The notes below the pieces were generated by a model. That model saw only the letters and a program-made list of their open reading frames with translations, did no database searches and was not told the DNA's origin. A stretch of DNA of 64,000 bases from Planctomycetota bacterium. Its GTDB lineage: Bacteria; Planctomycetota; JAJSAM01; JAJVHW01. Where the stretch lies: assembly GCA_965248445.1 (NCBI GenBank), contig CBDFJG010000001.1, positions 1 through 64,000 on the forward strand, given 5' to 3'. Below, piece after piece: positions 9,092-18,457 of this stretch. How positions within the stretch are numbered: position 1 is the stretch's first letter; each line of letters begins with the position of its first letter. Made by a program: the position numbers and the translations under genes.

Positions 9092-11722
9092 GTGGCGAGC
9101 AAGACCCTCGGCTACGTCCTCGGCGCGATCCAGATCATCGCGGGCATCCTCCTCATCGCCACGCCCTTCGGCGTTCCGCTCATCGTGTCGGGCACCGCGA
9201 CGATCGCCGGCACCGCCCTGACGCCCACGCCGCCCCGCCAGAAACAGCTCCGCGACTCGCCCACCTACGGGATCGACCGCTTCGAGAACCCGCGTGGCCC
9301 CGAGGCCCACATCCCGATCCTCTACGGCGAGCACACGGTCAAGCCCGTCGTGATCAACGAGTCGGTGACCGAAGCGATCGAGGGCGTCTCGCCGGGCGAC
9401 ATCCGCAACACCCGCCGCCAGGAGTTCCGTTGGCTCGGCATCGTCGCCGAGGGCGAGATCGAGGACATCACCGACATCCGCATCAACGGCCGCGAGATCC
9501 TCTCGAAGCTCTACGAGGAGGAACTCGGGCGCGGCAACGGCAACCGGCGGACGTTCACGTTCCCGCACCGCAAGGTGGTGCTCGGCGACGACGAGATGCC
9601 CGGCGTCGAGCTCTTCGTGGACGGGGTCAAGAAGGCGTGGATGACGCGGACGGCGAGTGCTGCGTTCACGGTTCCGGTGCCGCCGCCGGTCACGTACAAC
9701 CCGCTCACCGGGCTGCCGCTCCCGCGCCCCAAGCTCACGTTCAACCTGCGCCGCGATGACCGGACGGACCGCATCCTCGGCCGCTCACTGCGGCTCTTCA
9801 TCCGCGGCCCGGGGGCGCCCGAGTTCGAGCAGCTCCGCGGCGTGAGCGTTTACCGCTGGAGCGCGCAGAAGCTCGCTGGGCATCGAGTGAAGATCCGCTT
9901 CAAGCGCCGCCCGCCACGGGGGTTCACGGTGCGCGTCGCGTACGAGTACCTGGGTGCCGAGGGCGTGGCGTTCACCCAGAACGTCAAGGGCGTCACCAAG
10001 GTGATCTTCGGCAGGGCGCCCGCGAGCGGGAAGAAGGTCACCGCGACCTACCGGACGGCGGCCTTCCGCCGGCTCCGGATCGTGTGGCGGCCGGGAACGC
10101 TCGACCAGCAGCCGATCGACGGCTTCACCGACCTCGAGCAGTCGCGCAACCCGAGCGACAGCCTGCTGAAGCGCTACAACGCGATCAGCTACTCGACCGC
10201 GGGCCGCGAGGCGGACAACCTGCGGATCGGCATCACCGCCCCGCAGGGAATGATCCACTACAAGGACGATGGCGGCACTCGCGCAGTCCAGGTGGCGCTG
10301 CGCGTCGAGTACCGCAAGCTCGGGGCATCGTCGTGGAAGCGGCTGCGGTCCGCGGGCGGGAACAGCTTCGTGCTGATCGGCGAGCGGCCCGGGACCATGC
10401 GCTGGGAGATCGACGTCAAGGACGAGCTGACCCAGCGAGCGATCGAGGGCGAGAGCGGGGCGACGACGGAGTTGGAGGAGTTCGACCGTGATGCGTACGA
10501 GGTCCGCGTCACTCGGCTCACGGCGCACCCGACAGATCCCCTCGTCGTGGACGAACTGAACTTCACGTACGTGACCGAAGTGCTCCACGAGGGCTTCTGT
10601 TACCCGGGGACGGCGCTCCTGGGCCTGCGCGGAAGTCCCGGCGCATTCCTCTCGGGCGGGAGCCTGCGCGTCACCTGCATCGCGCGGCGGGCCAAGCTCC
10701 ACGACCCGCGCACGGACGCCCAAGGCGGCGCGCGGGACCTCGGCTCCAGCCAGAACGCGGCACTCGCGATCCGCGATCTCGTGACCTCGGCGGAGGGCGC
10801 GGCCACCGAGCGATACGGCGCGGGCTTCTTCTTCACCGGACAGGACCTCTTCCTCGGCGCGGACGGCTCACCAGCGGAACGCAACGGTCTGATCGCCTTC
10901 GCGGACTTCTGCGACGCCTGGGTCCACCGGCCGGGAGACGACGCCACGCGGCCCGCGTCGGCCACAAACGGCGAGCGACGCTGCCGGCTGAACGTCGTCT
11001 TCGACACGCCGCAGAGCCTCATGGAGACCGTCGGCGACATCGCCTTCCTCGGCTACTGCTTCGCCACACTCCAGGGCGCGCGCTGGCGCTTCCCGCTCGA
11101 CCAGGACGGCGACTCGGTCTTCACGTTCGTCGACGACGTGGATCCCTCGAATCAGAACATGTCGAAGTTCGTGCTGAAGCTCGACGAGTGGGGCAAGTCG
11201 CCCTCCGGCATCCAGGGCTCCTTCTGGAACGAGACGATCCGGCACGAGCGCGACGAACTGCTCTACCCGGTGGACGGGCTCCCCGACGGCACGCCCACGA
11301 ACATCCGCGAGGTGAACCTGCGCGGCGCGACACGGGAGACCGAGGCCGCGCGGATGCTGCGCCACCTTGCCGTGCAGGCGCGCGAGCTGCCGTTCCCCTG
11401 CTCGTGGGAAGCGCACCCCGGCGTGCAGCACATCGAGGCCGCTGACATCGTCACTGTGAAGACCCGCGTCCCCTACTCGACCGGCCCCAAGGCGATGGAA
11501 CTCAAGGTCCGTGTCCTGGCCGGGATCGTGGGGCGTGACGAGGACGGCAAGATCGTCGTCCGCTACGCCGGGCGCGTGATGAAGTCCTCGGCGTATGCGC
11601 TTCAGCCGGTGACCGTGCCCGTCAGTGCTCAGGCCGTTGCGGTGCCGGCTCACGGACGCCGGACGACGCGCCGGGGACGCCGCCCACGCCGGGTCACCAA
11701 CCTGCGCGCGCGGGTCAGGTGA
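9092..11722 (+). CDS. Central tail tip / host-specificity protein (gpI/gpJ-like)
   Basis: Hydrophobic N-terminus, IPILYGE, AEGEIEDI, YEVRVTRLT, YPGTALLGL and QNAALAIRDL motifs. Confidence 0.85.
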   Translation: MASKTLGYVLGAIQIIAGILLIATPFGVPLIVSGTATIAGTALTPTPPRQKQLRDSPTYGIDRFENPRGPEAHIPILYGEHTVKPVVINESVTEAIEGVSPGDIRNTRRQEFRWLGIVAEGEIEDITDIRINGREILSKLYEEELGRGNGNRRTFTFPHRKVVLGDDEMPGVELFVDGVKKAWMTRTASAAFTVPVPPPVTYNPLTGLPLPRPKLTFNLRRDDRTDRILGRSLRLFIRGPGAPEFEQLRGVSVYRWSAQKLAGHRVKIRFKRRPPRGFTVRVAYEYLGAEGVAFTQNVKGVTKVIFGRAPASGKKVTATYRTAAFRRLRIVWRPGTLDQQPIDGFTDLEQSRNPSDSLLKRYNAISYSTAGREADNLRIGITAPQGMIHYKDDGGTRAVQVALRVEYRKLGASSWKRLRSAGGNSFVLIGERPGTMRWEIDVKDELTQRAIEGESGATTELEEFDRDAYEVRVTRLTAHPTDPLVVDELNFTYVTEVLHEGFCYPGTALLGLRGSPGAFLSGGSLRVTCIARRAKLHDPRTDAQGGARDLGSSQNAALAIRDLVTSAEGAATERYGAGFFFTGQDLFLGADGSPAERNGLIAFADFCDAWVHRPGDDATRPASATNGERRCRLNVVFDTPQSLMETVGDIAFLGYCFATLQGARWRFPLDQDGDSVFTFVDDVDPSNQNMSKFVLKLDEWGKSPSGIQGSFWNETIRHERDELLYPVDGLPDGTPTNIREVNLRGATRETEAARMLRHLAVQARELPFPCSWEAHPGVQHIEAADIVTVKTRVPYSTGPKAMELKVRVLAGIVGRDEDGKIVVRYAGRVMKSSAYALQPVTVPVSAQAVAVPAHGRRTTRRGRRPRRVTNLRARVR

Positions 11723-11765
11723 GGGTGCGTGGAGGGAGGCTCCGCGCGGGGGGATCCTCGGTCAC

Positions 11766-13130
11766 GTGGCCGCTGACACCCTCCGCTACGTCGACGTCGT
11801 TCTCTCCTGGGCGCGCGCAGAGTCGGGGACGACCGCCGTGCTCAAGCGCGAACAGGGTAGTGCCGGATGGACGGAGATCGGACGCACGCAGGGCACGGGG
11901 TTCAGGGCAGAGGGCCTGCACCCCGAGCGCGCGTACACCTTTGCCGCGGTCGCCGTCCTCGAGGACGGTGGCCTCGCCCCCGAGGACGAGTGGGAGACCG
12001 TTCGCGTGGCCCCGATGGCGGACGAGGGGACGCCCGAGCTGCCCGGCACGCCCTCCGGGTTTGCTGCGTCGCAGGACGGCGCCAACCTCATCTTTCGCTG
12101 GTCTACCCCCTCCGACGGTGTGACGGTGACACACGAGATCCGCGTCGGGTCCACCTGGGAGGACGGGACGCGCGTCGCCACGGACCTGAGCAACTCGCCC
12201 TACTCGTGGACCTGGTCCGCCTCCGGCTCGCAGACGTTTCACCTGAAGGCCGTGGACCGGCAGGAGCGTACGTCACGCGCCGCCGCGACGGTCACCATCA
12301 CGATCGAGCCTCTCGATGACCACGTCACCGAGGATACCTCCGACGAGGGTGCGCAGGGCTGGACCGGCCCGAAGACCCACGTCGAGCCGGACGGCGGTGC
12401 TCTGCGGCTGGAACGGCTGCCGGAGCACTTCGGGGCCGCGACGTCGCCGTTCGGCTCCTTTGTGGGCGTGCCGTGCTTCGCCAAGTACTGGCCCGAGGGG
12501 GTCTACGAGACGCTCCCGTTCGACGCTGGGCAAGTCGAGCACCAGCGCGTGGAAGTGGACCTCGGCGTCGAGCAGCCGGTGGACGCCACACTCCCGTTCG
12601 GCGCTGTGCGCCGTCCGGCTCTCGGCGCGCGTCGGAAACGGGACGGCACGACGATCCCCCTTGGCAGACGCGGCTTCGCGTCCAAGAACTCCTGGCGGCT
12701 CACGCCGCTTCTGCCGCCTGACGTCCACGTCGAGATCGACACCAGCCAGACCGCAGCAGGGCCGTGGGACGGCTACCGCCCGCATGTCCCCGGGACGTAC
12801 ACCTTCTGGCGCTGCCGTCTACGCGTCACCGTTCGAGGCGACGGCATCCGGTTCGTCTGCATCCGCCGTCTCGTGATCGTTCGGCGCAAGTTCAACCACA
12901 AGGACGAAGGCACCGTCGTGCTGCCCGGCAGGATGCCGGTCGAACTCACGTTCGCGGCTCCCTTCACCGTGGCGCCGGCGGTGGTCGCGACGCTCGTGGG
13001 CCCCAACCCGTCACTCGGCGTGAAGATCGAGGCCACGGCGATCTCGCCGACGAGCTGCCATCTCGAAGCCTTCGATGGCGCCGGTGTGTCCATCCCCGCG
13101 ACCGTCTGTTGGCACGCCCTGGGGACGTAG
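11766..13130 (+). CDS. Tail protein with FN3-like domains
   Basis: VVLSW, GLHPERAYTF, PGTPSGFAA...FRW, FHLKAVD; C-terminal FAAPFTVAPAVVAT...WHALG. Start uncertain. Confidence 0.7.
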   Translation: MAADTLRYVDVVLSWARAESGTTAVLKREQGSAGWTEIGRTQGTGFRAEGLHPERAYTFAAVAVLEDGGLAPEDEWETVRVAPMADEGTPELPGTPSGFAASQDGANLIFRWSTPSDGVTVTHEIRVGSTWEDGTRVATDLSNSPYSWTWSASGSQTFHLKAVDRQERTSRAAATVTITIEPLDDHVTEDTSDEGAQGWTGPKTHVEPDGGALRLERLPEHFGAATSPFGSFVGVPCFAKYWPEGVYETLPFDAGQVEHQRVEVDLGVEQPVDATLPFGAVRRPALGARRKRDGTTIPLGRRGFASKNSWRLTPLLPPDVHVEIDTSQTAAGPWDGYRPHVPGTYTFWRCRLRVTVRGDGIRFVCIRRLVIVRRKFNHKDEGTVVLPGRMPVELTFAAPFTVAPAVVATLVGPNPSLGVKIEATAISPTSCHLEAFDGAGVSIPATVCWHALGT

Positions 13131-13195
13131 CGCGGGCGCGAGCCGCACCGTAGGCCGAGTGGAACGAGTCTCCGTGGCGCTCGACTCTCGAGAAC

Positions 13196-14188
13196 ATGCC
13201 CACGTGGGACCCGCTCGACGACGACCCGGCGACCGGGGACTCGATCCCGGTGGCCTTCCTCGAACTGGAAGGACGCACGCTCAAGCTCCGCCAGGGGTTT
13301 GCCGGCGCCGTCCCGCCCTCCAACCCGCAGGAGGGGCAGATTTGGATCGACACGGCGCAGACCCCCTACCGAGTCATGCGTTACCTGCGCATCGACGGGG
13401 GCAACGCGTCCTGGCAGCCGATGGGCCCGCTCTCCCGGCTGCCGGCGAGCATCAACGCCGACCCCAGCCCGGTGGATGACCGCGCGGAGCCCTTCGAGCA
13501 CCTGGCGCTCCGCCTCGAGAACCGCAACGCCCTCCCGCCGGCCACCCCGACGAACGCAGGACTCCTCGTCTACCGCATCGGGGACGGTGAGGTCTGGCTC
13601 TCGGACAGGCTCATCTCGGGCGGCTGGAAGGGGCTCTTGAGCGTCACGCAGGACGCCTCCTTCGACACGGTCGAGCTGGCTCTGGAAGGCGACCTCGGCA
13701 ATGACGCCACGAACCCTCCGACCAAGCAGCGCAAGGGCGCGCTCGAGGGCTGGCTCTTTGACGACGTGGCCGAGCGCCGCACGCTTGCCTTCATCGTCCC
13801 GAAGAACTGGCAAGGGGCCTCGCCGCTTCGCCTGCGTCTCTTCCAACTCCTCGACCAAGCCGAGGTCGCTGGCAACGACATCGAGTGGACCGGTGAGGTG
13901 CGCACGCTCGTCCCCGGCCAGGAGAAGGTCGGAAAGGCCGCAACGCCGCTCGCCGACGCCATCACGAACATTGGTGCCGTCCCCGACGGGATCGACGACG
14001 GCGGTGGTCCGCATGTGAGCGAGTTCGTGATCGCCCACGCCGACCCCACGAACCCGGTCAGTCCGTCGTGCCTGGTCCTCGTGACCATCTGGCGGAAGAC
14101 GGTCGGAGGGGCGGGGAAGACGGGGGGGACGGTTCTCTTTCGCGCCGACCTCGCCTACGCGCAAGGCCCGAGGCACGAGCGAGCTTGA
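13196..14188 (+). CDS. Putative tail/receptor-binding protein
   Basis: FAGAVPPSNPQEGQIWIDT motif typical of tail-fibre N-termini. Confidence 0.65.
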   Translation: MPTWDPLDDDPATGDSIPVAFLELEGRTLKLRQGFAGAVPPSNPQEGQIWIDTAQTPYRVMRYLRIDGGNASWQPMGPLSRLPASINADPSPVDDRAEPFEHLALRLENRNALPPATPTNAGLLVYRIGDGEVWLSDRLISGGWKGLLSVTQDASFDTVELALEGDLGNDATNPPTKQRKGALEGWLFDDVAERRTLAFIVPKNWQGASPLRLRLFQLLDQAEVAGNDIEWTGEVRTLVPGQEKVGKAATPLADAITNIGAVPDGIDDGGGPHVSEFVIAHADPTNPVSPSCLVLVTIWRKTVGGAGKTGGTVLFRADLAYAQGPRHERA

Positions 14189-14190
14189 TC

Positions 14191-14766
14191 ATGGGCAGGC
14201 ACCCCGGCTCGTTCCGCCCCGGCTTTGACCCGCGCAGGTACCGCTCGCCGGTCACACCCGCAGCTGATCGCTTCTGGCCCCTGGTCGAGAGGACGCCCGG
14301 CTGCTGGCTCTGGACGGGTGCTCGCTACCCGCGGGGCTACGGCAACTTCAACGTTCATGGCCGCGGCCGCCCGGCACACCGCGTCGCTTGGGAACTCACA
14401 CACGGGCCGATCCCCGACGGGCGGTTGGTCTGCCACGCCTGCGACAACCCGGGCTGCGTCCGGCCGGATCACCTCTTCCTCGGCACGCAGTCCGACAACA
14501 TGTGCGACATGGCCGCGAAGGGGCGGCACGCGTATCCGCGCGGCGAGGACCATCCCCAGGCGCGCCTCTCCAACGCCGATCGCGCAGAGATCCGCAGGCT
14601 GTACGCCGCGGGCGCGATCTCACAGGCGGCCATCGCCGAGCGCTTCGGTGTCTGCCAGAGCCACGTCAGCCGGATCGTCCGGAGGTTCCGAAAGCCGCGC
14701 AAGACCGCCGCGCCGGTGCTCGGTCCTACGACCGCGACCCGTGCGCTCGCGAAGAGGAGGGCCTGA
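14191..14766 (+). CDS. HNH endonuclease with C-terminal HTH
   Basis: CWLWTG...GYG...AHRVAW...VCHACDNPGCVRPDHLFLGTQSDN; SQAAIAERFGVCQSHVSRI. Confidence 0.9.
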   Translation: MGRHPGSFRPGFDPRRYRSPVTPAADRFWPLVERTPGCWLWTGARYPRGYGNFNVHGRGRPAHRVAWELTHGPIPDGRLVCHACDNPGCVRPDHLFLGTQSDNMCDMAAKGRHAYPRGEDHPQARLSNADRAEIRRLYAAGAISQAAIAERFGVCQSHVSRIVRRFRKPRKTAAPVLGPTTATRALAKRRA

Positions 14767-14769
14767 TCC

Positions 14770-15051
14770 ATGGAGGCCGTCCTCACCGAAGCCGCCCGTC
14801 AGGTGCCCTCCCTCGTGGTGCTCGTCGTCCTGGTGGTGCTCTTCCTGCGCCGCATGCGCGAGAGCGACGCGACGCAGAAGGTGATCGCCGCCGCGTGCCA
14901 CGAGGCGCAGCGTCAGTCCGTCCGCGCCGTGGAGATCCTCGAAGAGAGGTCCGCGGCGCTCATCACCCAGTGCACCGAGGTCCTGGGGGCCGCGAAGGCC
15001 TCCATCGAACGGGTCGAGCACCGTCTCGACCGAGAGGAGTCACGCCGATGA
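14770..15051 (+). CDS. Single-TM holin-like protein
   Basis: One hydrophobic segment followed by RRMR and a coiled-coil tail; follows the tail genes. Confidence 0.55.
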   Translation: MEAVLTEAARQVPSLVVLVVLVVLFLRRMRESDATQKVIAAACHEAQRQSVRAVEILEERSAALITQCTEVLGAAKASIERVEHRLDREESRR

Positions 15052-15551
15052 AGAACCCCCTGCTCGCCGTTGTCGTCGCCCTGCTCATCGCCCTCCTGGC
15101 AACCGGCTGCGCCACGGGCCGCGCCGACGCCGGCGCCGCCAACCCGACGCTCAGTTGGTCGGCCGGTGTCCTCGCCGTCGAGCAGGCCGAGGTCGTGCGC
15201 ACCCAGGTGACCGTGTCGGACTGGCCCGTCGGCATGGACCGCTGGACCCCGGAGCAGCTCGCCGCGTTTGTTCAGGCGCGCGCGGCCGCGGGCAACCCCG
15301 GCAGCGTTGGCGACCTCTTCTATTCCCGCCAGGACGTCAAGGTCGGCACCGACCAGCGCGGCGGCACGGCGTCTCCCTCGAACGAGACGCCGATCCGCGT
15401 GGACGCCAGCCTGGACAGCCCCGCGAAGGGAGCCGCCGAGGCTGCTGCGCAGGCCCTTGGTCTGGCGGGCGGCTCGAACGACGTGGCGGCCGAGAAGCCC
15501 ACCGAGGCGCCGACCGCCGATCCGGAGAAGGAACCGGAGCCCGCCGAGTAG
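15048..15551 (+). CDS. Phage lipoprotein
   Basis: GAGGAG RBS; MKNPLLAVVVALLIALLATGC lipobox. Confidence 0.8.
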   Translation: MKNPLLAVVVALLIALLATGCATGRADAGAANPTLSWSAGVLAVEQAEVVRTQVTVSDWPVGMDRWTPEQLAAFVQARAAAGNPGSVGDLFYSRQDVKVGTDQRGGTASPSNETPIRVDASLDSPAKGAAEAAAQALGLAGGSNDVAAEKPTEAPTADPEKEPEPAE

Positions 15552-15554
15552 CCG

Positions 15555-15791
15555 ATGGCCGCTCGCTTCCCCGGGACACTCCTGCTTGCTCAGGATCTCG
15601 GCCTCAGCCCGACCGGCAAGCGCCGCTTCGCCGTCGCGGGGGAGATCGTGGACCTTCCCATCCAGGCTCTGTCGGACGCTGTCGTCGGTCCCTACCCCGA
15701 CCTCCTGCGGGAGCGCCAGCACCACGTCGAGTTGTGGGAGTGGTGCGTCCGGGAACAGCCGAACCCGCCCAACAGCCTGCGCCCGGCGTGA
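15555..15791 (+). CDS. Hypothetical protein
   Basis: Begins 3 nt after the previous stop; GC3-rich codons. Confidence 0.55.
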   Translation: MAARFPGTLLLAQDLGLSPTGKRRFAVAGEIVDLPIQALSDAVVGPYPDLLRERQHHVELWEWCVREQPNPPNSLRPA

Positions 15792-15905
15792 GGTCGCACC
15801 TCCTGTCCGTGGCTGGCCCATCCAGGTTGCTTCCTTAAAATCTGTCGTCATGGAGTGGCTGTCCTCGCCGTTGCGATCGCCGGCGACCAGTTGCTCACTC
15901 CCCCC

Positions 15906-15971
15906 ATGCCCAACGGTAAGATCCTGACGATCAAGCAGGTCGCCGAGTACCCTCGGCTCACCGATCGAACG
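15906..15971 (+). pseudogene. Truncated excisionase-like HTH protein
   Basis: MPNGKILTIKQVAEYPRLTDRT matches the start of HTH_17-type proteins and then breaks off. Confidence 0.6.
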
Positions 15972-16563
15972 CGCCGGTGTTCACGTTCCCGGCTTGGGCA
16001 CAGACGATCGCGGGTCCGCTCAGGGCGGGGAGTTCGGTGGCGGGCATGCGGCCCTGATCGTCGGCCGCAACCCGGACCACCCGGTCGCGTCCAAGCCCGA
16101 GCAGGCCGAGCGACTTGAAGAGAGTCACATGGGCCTGCTCGCCCACCACCACGGTGATCTCCGGCGCTGCCTGGAGCCCATTCCGATCGATGTCGTGGCC
16201 GTGCGCGAGCAGCACCGTGCGACGGGCCGCCGCGAGCGCGGTGAAGTTGGCCATCGTCGCTCCGGTCACGAACGCGACCCCCGCATCCGCCGGCAGGTCG
16301 AGAATCTGCAGGGCCCATCGCATGGCGACGCGTTCGAGCGCGGCGCCGATCGGTGAGCTCGCCTCGCTCAATGCGTTCTGATCCCACGCTGTGGCGAGCC
16401 AGCTCGCGGCCAGCGACGCGGGCAAGGCGCCCCTGGTGACGAATCTGGATCGGGAGGCAGCTGCGGCGCGCTCCCTCGGGGACGCCGTCCCCTCTCGGCC
16501 GAAGTCCCTCAGGGATTCGGTTGCGCTGGCGGGGGGAGCGTGTTCTCCTCCCGCGGTGGCCAC
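15958..16563 (-). pseudogene. PLP-dependent (group II) decarboxylase fragment
   Basis: WLATAWDQNA, FVTGATMANFTALAAAR, EQAHVTLFKSLGLLGLG and QAGNVNTGAFD, then truncated before the PLP-lysine region. Confidence 0.85.
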
Positions 16564-16586
16564 GCCAAGACACCTCTCGCACCAGA

Positions 16587-16623
16587 CCCCCCCCCCCCCC
16601 CCCTAAAAAAAAGAAAAGAAAAA
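16587..16623. repeat. C17 homopolymer followed by an A-rich tract
   Basis: Directly visible: C17-T-A8-G-A4-G-A5. Confidence 0.9.
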
Positions 16624-16670
16624 TCTTGGGAGCTATCTAGCTGGCCGATCCGGGTCCCCGGAAGCTACCG

Positions 16671-16909
16671 CTGCTCCGACTCGTCACGATGCTGATGGCC
16701 GAGCAGCACGACGAGTGGCAGGCCGCCGAGCGGGCCTACATGAGCAAGACCTCGATGGCCAAGGTGGTGGAGTCGCTCACGCCGCCGCCGAGCTTGATGA
16801 AGGAGGTGGCCACCGGGGGACCGCGACCGCGTGGGGAGTCGGCTCCCCACGCACGATCACGAACCAACGACTCGCAGATCGAATCTCCACACTTGACGGG
16901 ACACCAACC
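16671..16909 (+). mobile_element. IS256-family 3' remnant
   Basis: LLRLVTMLMAEQHDEW transposase C-terminus; terminal CACACTTGACGGGACACCAACC resembles an IS256 right IR. Confidence 0.75.
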
Positions 16910-16968
16910 TGCCGCTCCTGGGAGGCAGAGGCGTACCCATCCCCCCATTGACCGGTGCATCGGGTGCC

Positions 16969-16996
16969 TTGACTCGACCCGCGACCCTTGTAGGCT
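16969..16996 (+). promoter_or_regulatory. Putative sigma70 promoter of module copy 1
   Basis: TTGACT-16 nt-TAGGCT about 80 nt upstream of ATG 17076. Confidence 0.4.
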
Positions 16997-17075
16997 CGGG
17001 GGTTCAGGTTCCCGCAGATCGGGCGTGCCCCGAGGATCGCACGCCCCCGCGGCTATTCGCGAAAGAGAGTTGAAG

Positions 17076-18449
17076 ATGCAGTCACCGTTCTCACTGAGCT
17101 TGGCCGTACTAGCCGTGCTTCTGAGCGCCTCAGTCCTAATTCAGTCGTCCATGGCTGATACCAAGGAGGGCGATCACTCCGCGTCCGGCTCATCGAGCAT
17201 TTCCTCGTTCAAGATCGACATCAAGTGCAAGACCATTCACACGGGAGCGCATAGCGCACTCTGTACCGGAGCCTCAGAACTCAGCTTTGTCGTAACGGAC
17301 CAGAAGCCGGGTACGATGGAGCCTTCGCCGATGTTGCGATTTGCGTACGATCCCGACATCAACCATCCCAACGCGAAGATAATCTGGCAAAGCCTCGCGC
17401 GCGCGCATGCTTGGTACAGGCAGACGCTGGTGGGCGACATCCAGCTACTTGCGATGCCTCACCCGACTGCGAAGGCGTATCCATCCGGCACCAACCACAA
17501 GGACTGGTTCCAACTCTCAGCAGAGACGGTGGAAGGCTGGACCGCTATTGTGGAAGCGCATGATGGGACTCTTGAGGGGAAGTACCGGACGGCTGAGGCG
17601 TCGCCCAAGAAGGTGCGTACTCACAAGAAGGGCGAGCCGCCTGGTGACATCACCGGGGTGCTTCCGCCAGGGACTCCACCCAATGTGACAGCACTCATAA
17701 CAGATGTCCGCGATGGCGGTTCCTATCAATTCGCGTACGACTCCAACGGAGACGTTGTTCTTGATGCCAACGATGCGTTCACCTTCGCACTCGATGCAGC
17801 CGGCGAGTACATCATCGACGTGCCTGTTACGACGTGGCTTCGACTCACAAGCAGCGTGACGATGAACGCCGCAGACGACTTTGTGTACACGTACTCCCTC
17901 GAGAACCTCTCCGACCAGGACTTGGCGTTTCGTCTCGACGAAGTGACGACTCCAGCATTTCCGACCGGTTGGAGCGGCAGCGTGGAGGCGGAGTCGACGG
18001 AAACGCTGACAATGACGGTCGTATCACCCGAAGCAGTTTGGCGGCAGACGTGTCAAGTGGACTATCGCGAGGACCCCTGCATACATCAAGAGACGATAGA
18101 CAACGACTGGTGGGCCTCAAAGCCGGCCAGCGTCTATGTGCCCCAATCACGGCTCTCCTACGATGGTGAACCGACGCTCACGGGCGCTGCGTACGATCCG
18201 GGTCTAGCGGCAAACGTGGTTACGTTTACGATCACCGGGGACGCAGCAGATGTGGCCGTGCTCGACCGACTCGATCCAGGAGGAGATGGCGTATCGGTCG
18301 TCACGGAGGCGGAGGGACCATTCCTGCCGGGCATTCCCTACACGTTGAATGACGTCGATTTCGTTTCCGGGGCAACGAATACGTACCGCGTGCGAGTGGG
18401 CATCGGCCCGAATGGGCAGCCCAGCGACGATGCATCGGTTCAGAACTAG
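17076..18449 (+). CDS. Secreted acidic protein A1, unknown function (paralog of 26549-27820)
   Basis: Signal peptide MQSPFSLSLAVLAVLL; C-terminal half aligns by eye with A2. Confidence 0.85.
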   Translation: MQSPFSLSLAVLAVLLSASVLIQSSMADTKEGDHSASGSSSISSFKIDIKCKTIHTGAHSALCTGASELSFVVTDQKPGTMEPSPMLRFAYDPDINHPNAKIIWQSLARAHAWYRQTLVGDIQLLAMPHPTAKAYPSGTNHKDWFQLSAETVEGWTAIVEAHDGTLEGKYRTAEASPKKVRTHKKGEPPGDITGVLPPGTPPNVTALITDVRDGGSYQFAYDSNGDVVLDANDAFTFALDAAGEYIIDVPVTTWLRLTSSVTMNAADDFVYTYSLENLSDQDLAFRLDEVTTPAFPTGWSGSVEAESTETLTMTVVSPEAVWRQTCQVDYREDPCIHQETIDNDWWASKPASVYVPQSRLSYDGEPTLTGAAYDPGLAANVVTFTITGDAADVAVLDRLDPGGDGVSVVTEAEGPFLPGIPYTLNDVDFVSGATNTYRVRVGIGPNGQPSDDASVQN

Positions 18450-18457
18450 CTGTCGGG

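Larger units (their letters stand above)
1..15791 (+). mobile_element. Prophage late region (HK97-like siphovirus)
   Basis: Colinear head, tail and lysis-position genes, all on the + strand. Confidence 0.95.

Noticed and set aside
9092..15791. Diversity-generating retroelement or tail-fibre shufflon
   Set aside because: No reverse transcriptase, invertase or TR/VR repeat pair seen.
1..15791. Gene transfer agent rather than prophage
   Set aside because: The chaperone and DUF2460-like genes resemble GTA genes, but the gpL/J-type tip, HNH, inserted cassette and neighbouring island debris fit a prophage; cannot be fully excluded from this window alone.
16689..18449. 586-aa ORF as a transposase-secreted protein fusion
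   Set aside because: The first 129 codons cross an IS256 remnant and its IR; the signal peptide begins at ATG 17076, matching paralog A2.
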